Shown: in pieces, positions 63,821 through 64,000 of the stretch | Position numbering within the stretch: the stretch's first letter is position 1 | How the letters are laid out: each line of letters starts with the position of its first letter | Assembly (NCBI RefSeq): GCF_006345805.1 | Contig: NC_043010.1 | Span: 44,268,001-44,332,000 of the forward strand | Source of the DNA: Octopus sinensis | Taxonomy: Eukaryota | Reading direction: 5' to 3' | DNA: 64,000 nucleotides | The notes under the pieces: model-generated | Told to the model about the DNA's origin: nothing | The model's input: only the letters and a program-made list of their open reading frames with translations | Database searches by the model: none | Position numbers and translations under genes: made by a program

Positions 63821-64000
63821 TACATGGTCTGATCAATAAGTATCCGGATTGTTGCCATAGAAATGAAGCTAAAGCATGCAGATTGAAGCCGCTTGGCACA
63901 GATTGACCTTGAACTCTGCTGTGCATGCGTACTAAGTTTTAACGTTTTAGCTCACTTCCGCTGTTTACAGCAGTACTTGGAAGGAATATGTGTAGTGTGT
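63821..64000 (+). mobile_element. left end of a mariner-like element running off the window
   Basis: TA followed by catggtctgatcaataagtatccgga, a mariner-type TIR start; the other end is not in the window. Confidence 0.5.

Overview
AT-rich eukaryotic genomic DNA dense in microsatellites and transposable elements. The repeat landscape resembles an Octopus/cephalopod genome; this is inferred from the repeat types, not from a database search. No long host coding region can be recognised. Almost all ORFs in the supplied track are spurious (microsatellite or antisense-repeat translations); the exceptions are the RTE-type reverse transcriptase fragments and the mariner transposase remnant. Supported content: one 5'-truncated RTE LINE (12.0-13.3 kb) plus many older RTE fragments and 3'-end copies; a full-length decayed mariner (40.4-41.65 kb); several tRNA-derived SINE families (letters A-D are my own labels); piggyBac-like, mariner-like and unclassified MITEs; two Helitron-like elements; remnants of REL-endonuclease retrotransposons; and a short element carrying a minimal hammerhead-ribozyme motif (17.1-17.3 kb). 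Two CpG-retaining regions (about 5.1-5.9 kb and 17.5-20.75 kb) and several splice-site-bounded segments hint at spliced host genes, but these are low-confidence and no product could be named. All alignments and counts were done by eye; boundaries of decayed repeats are approximate.
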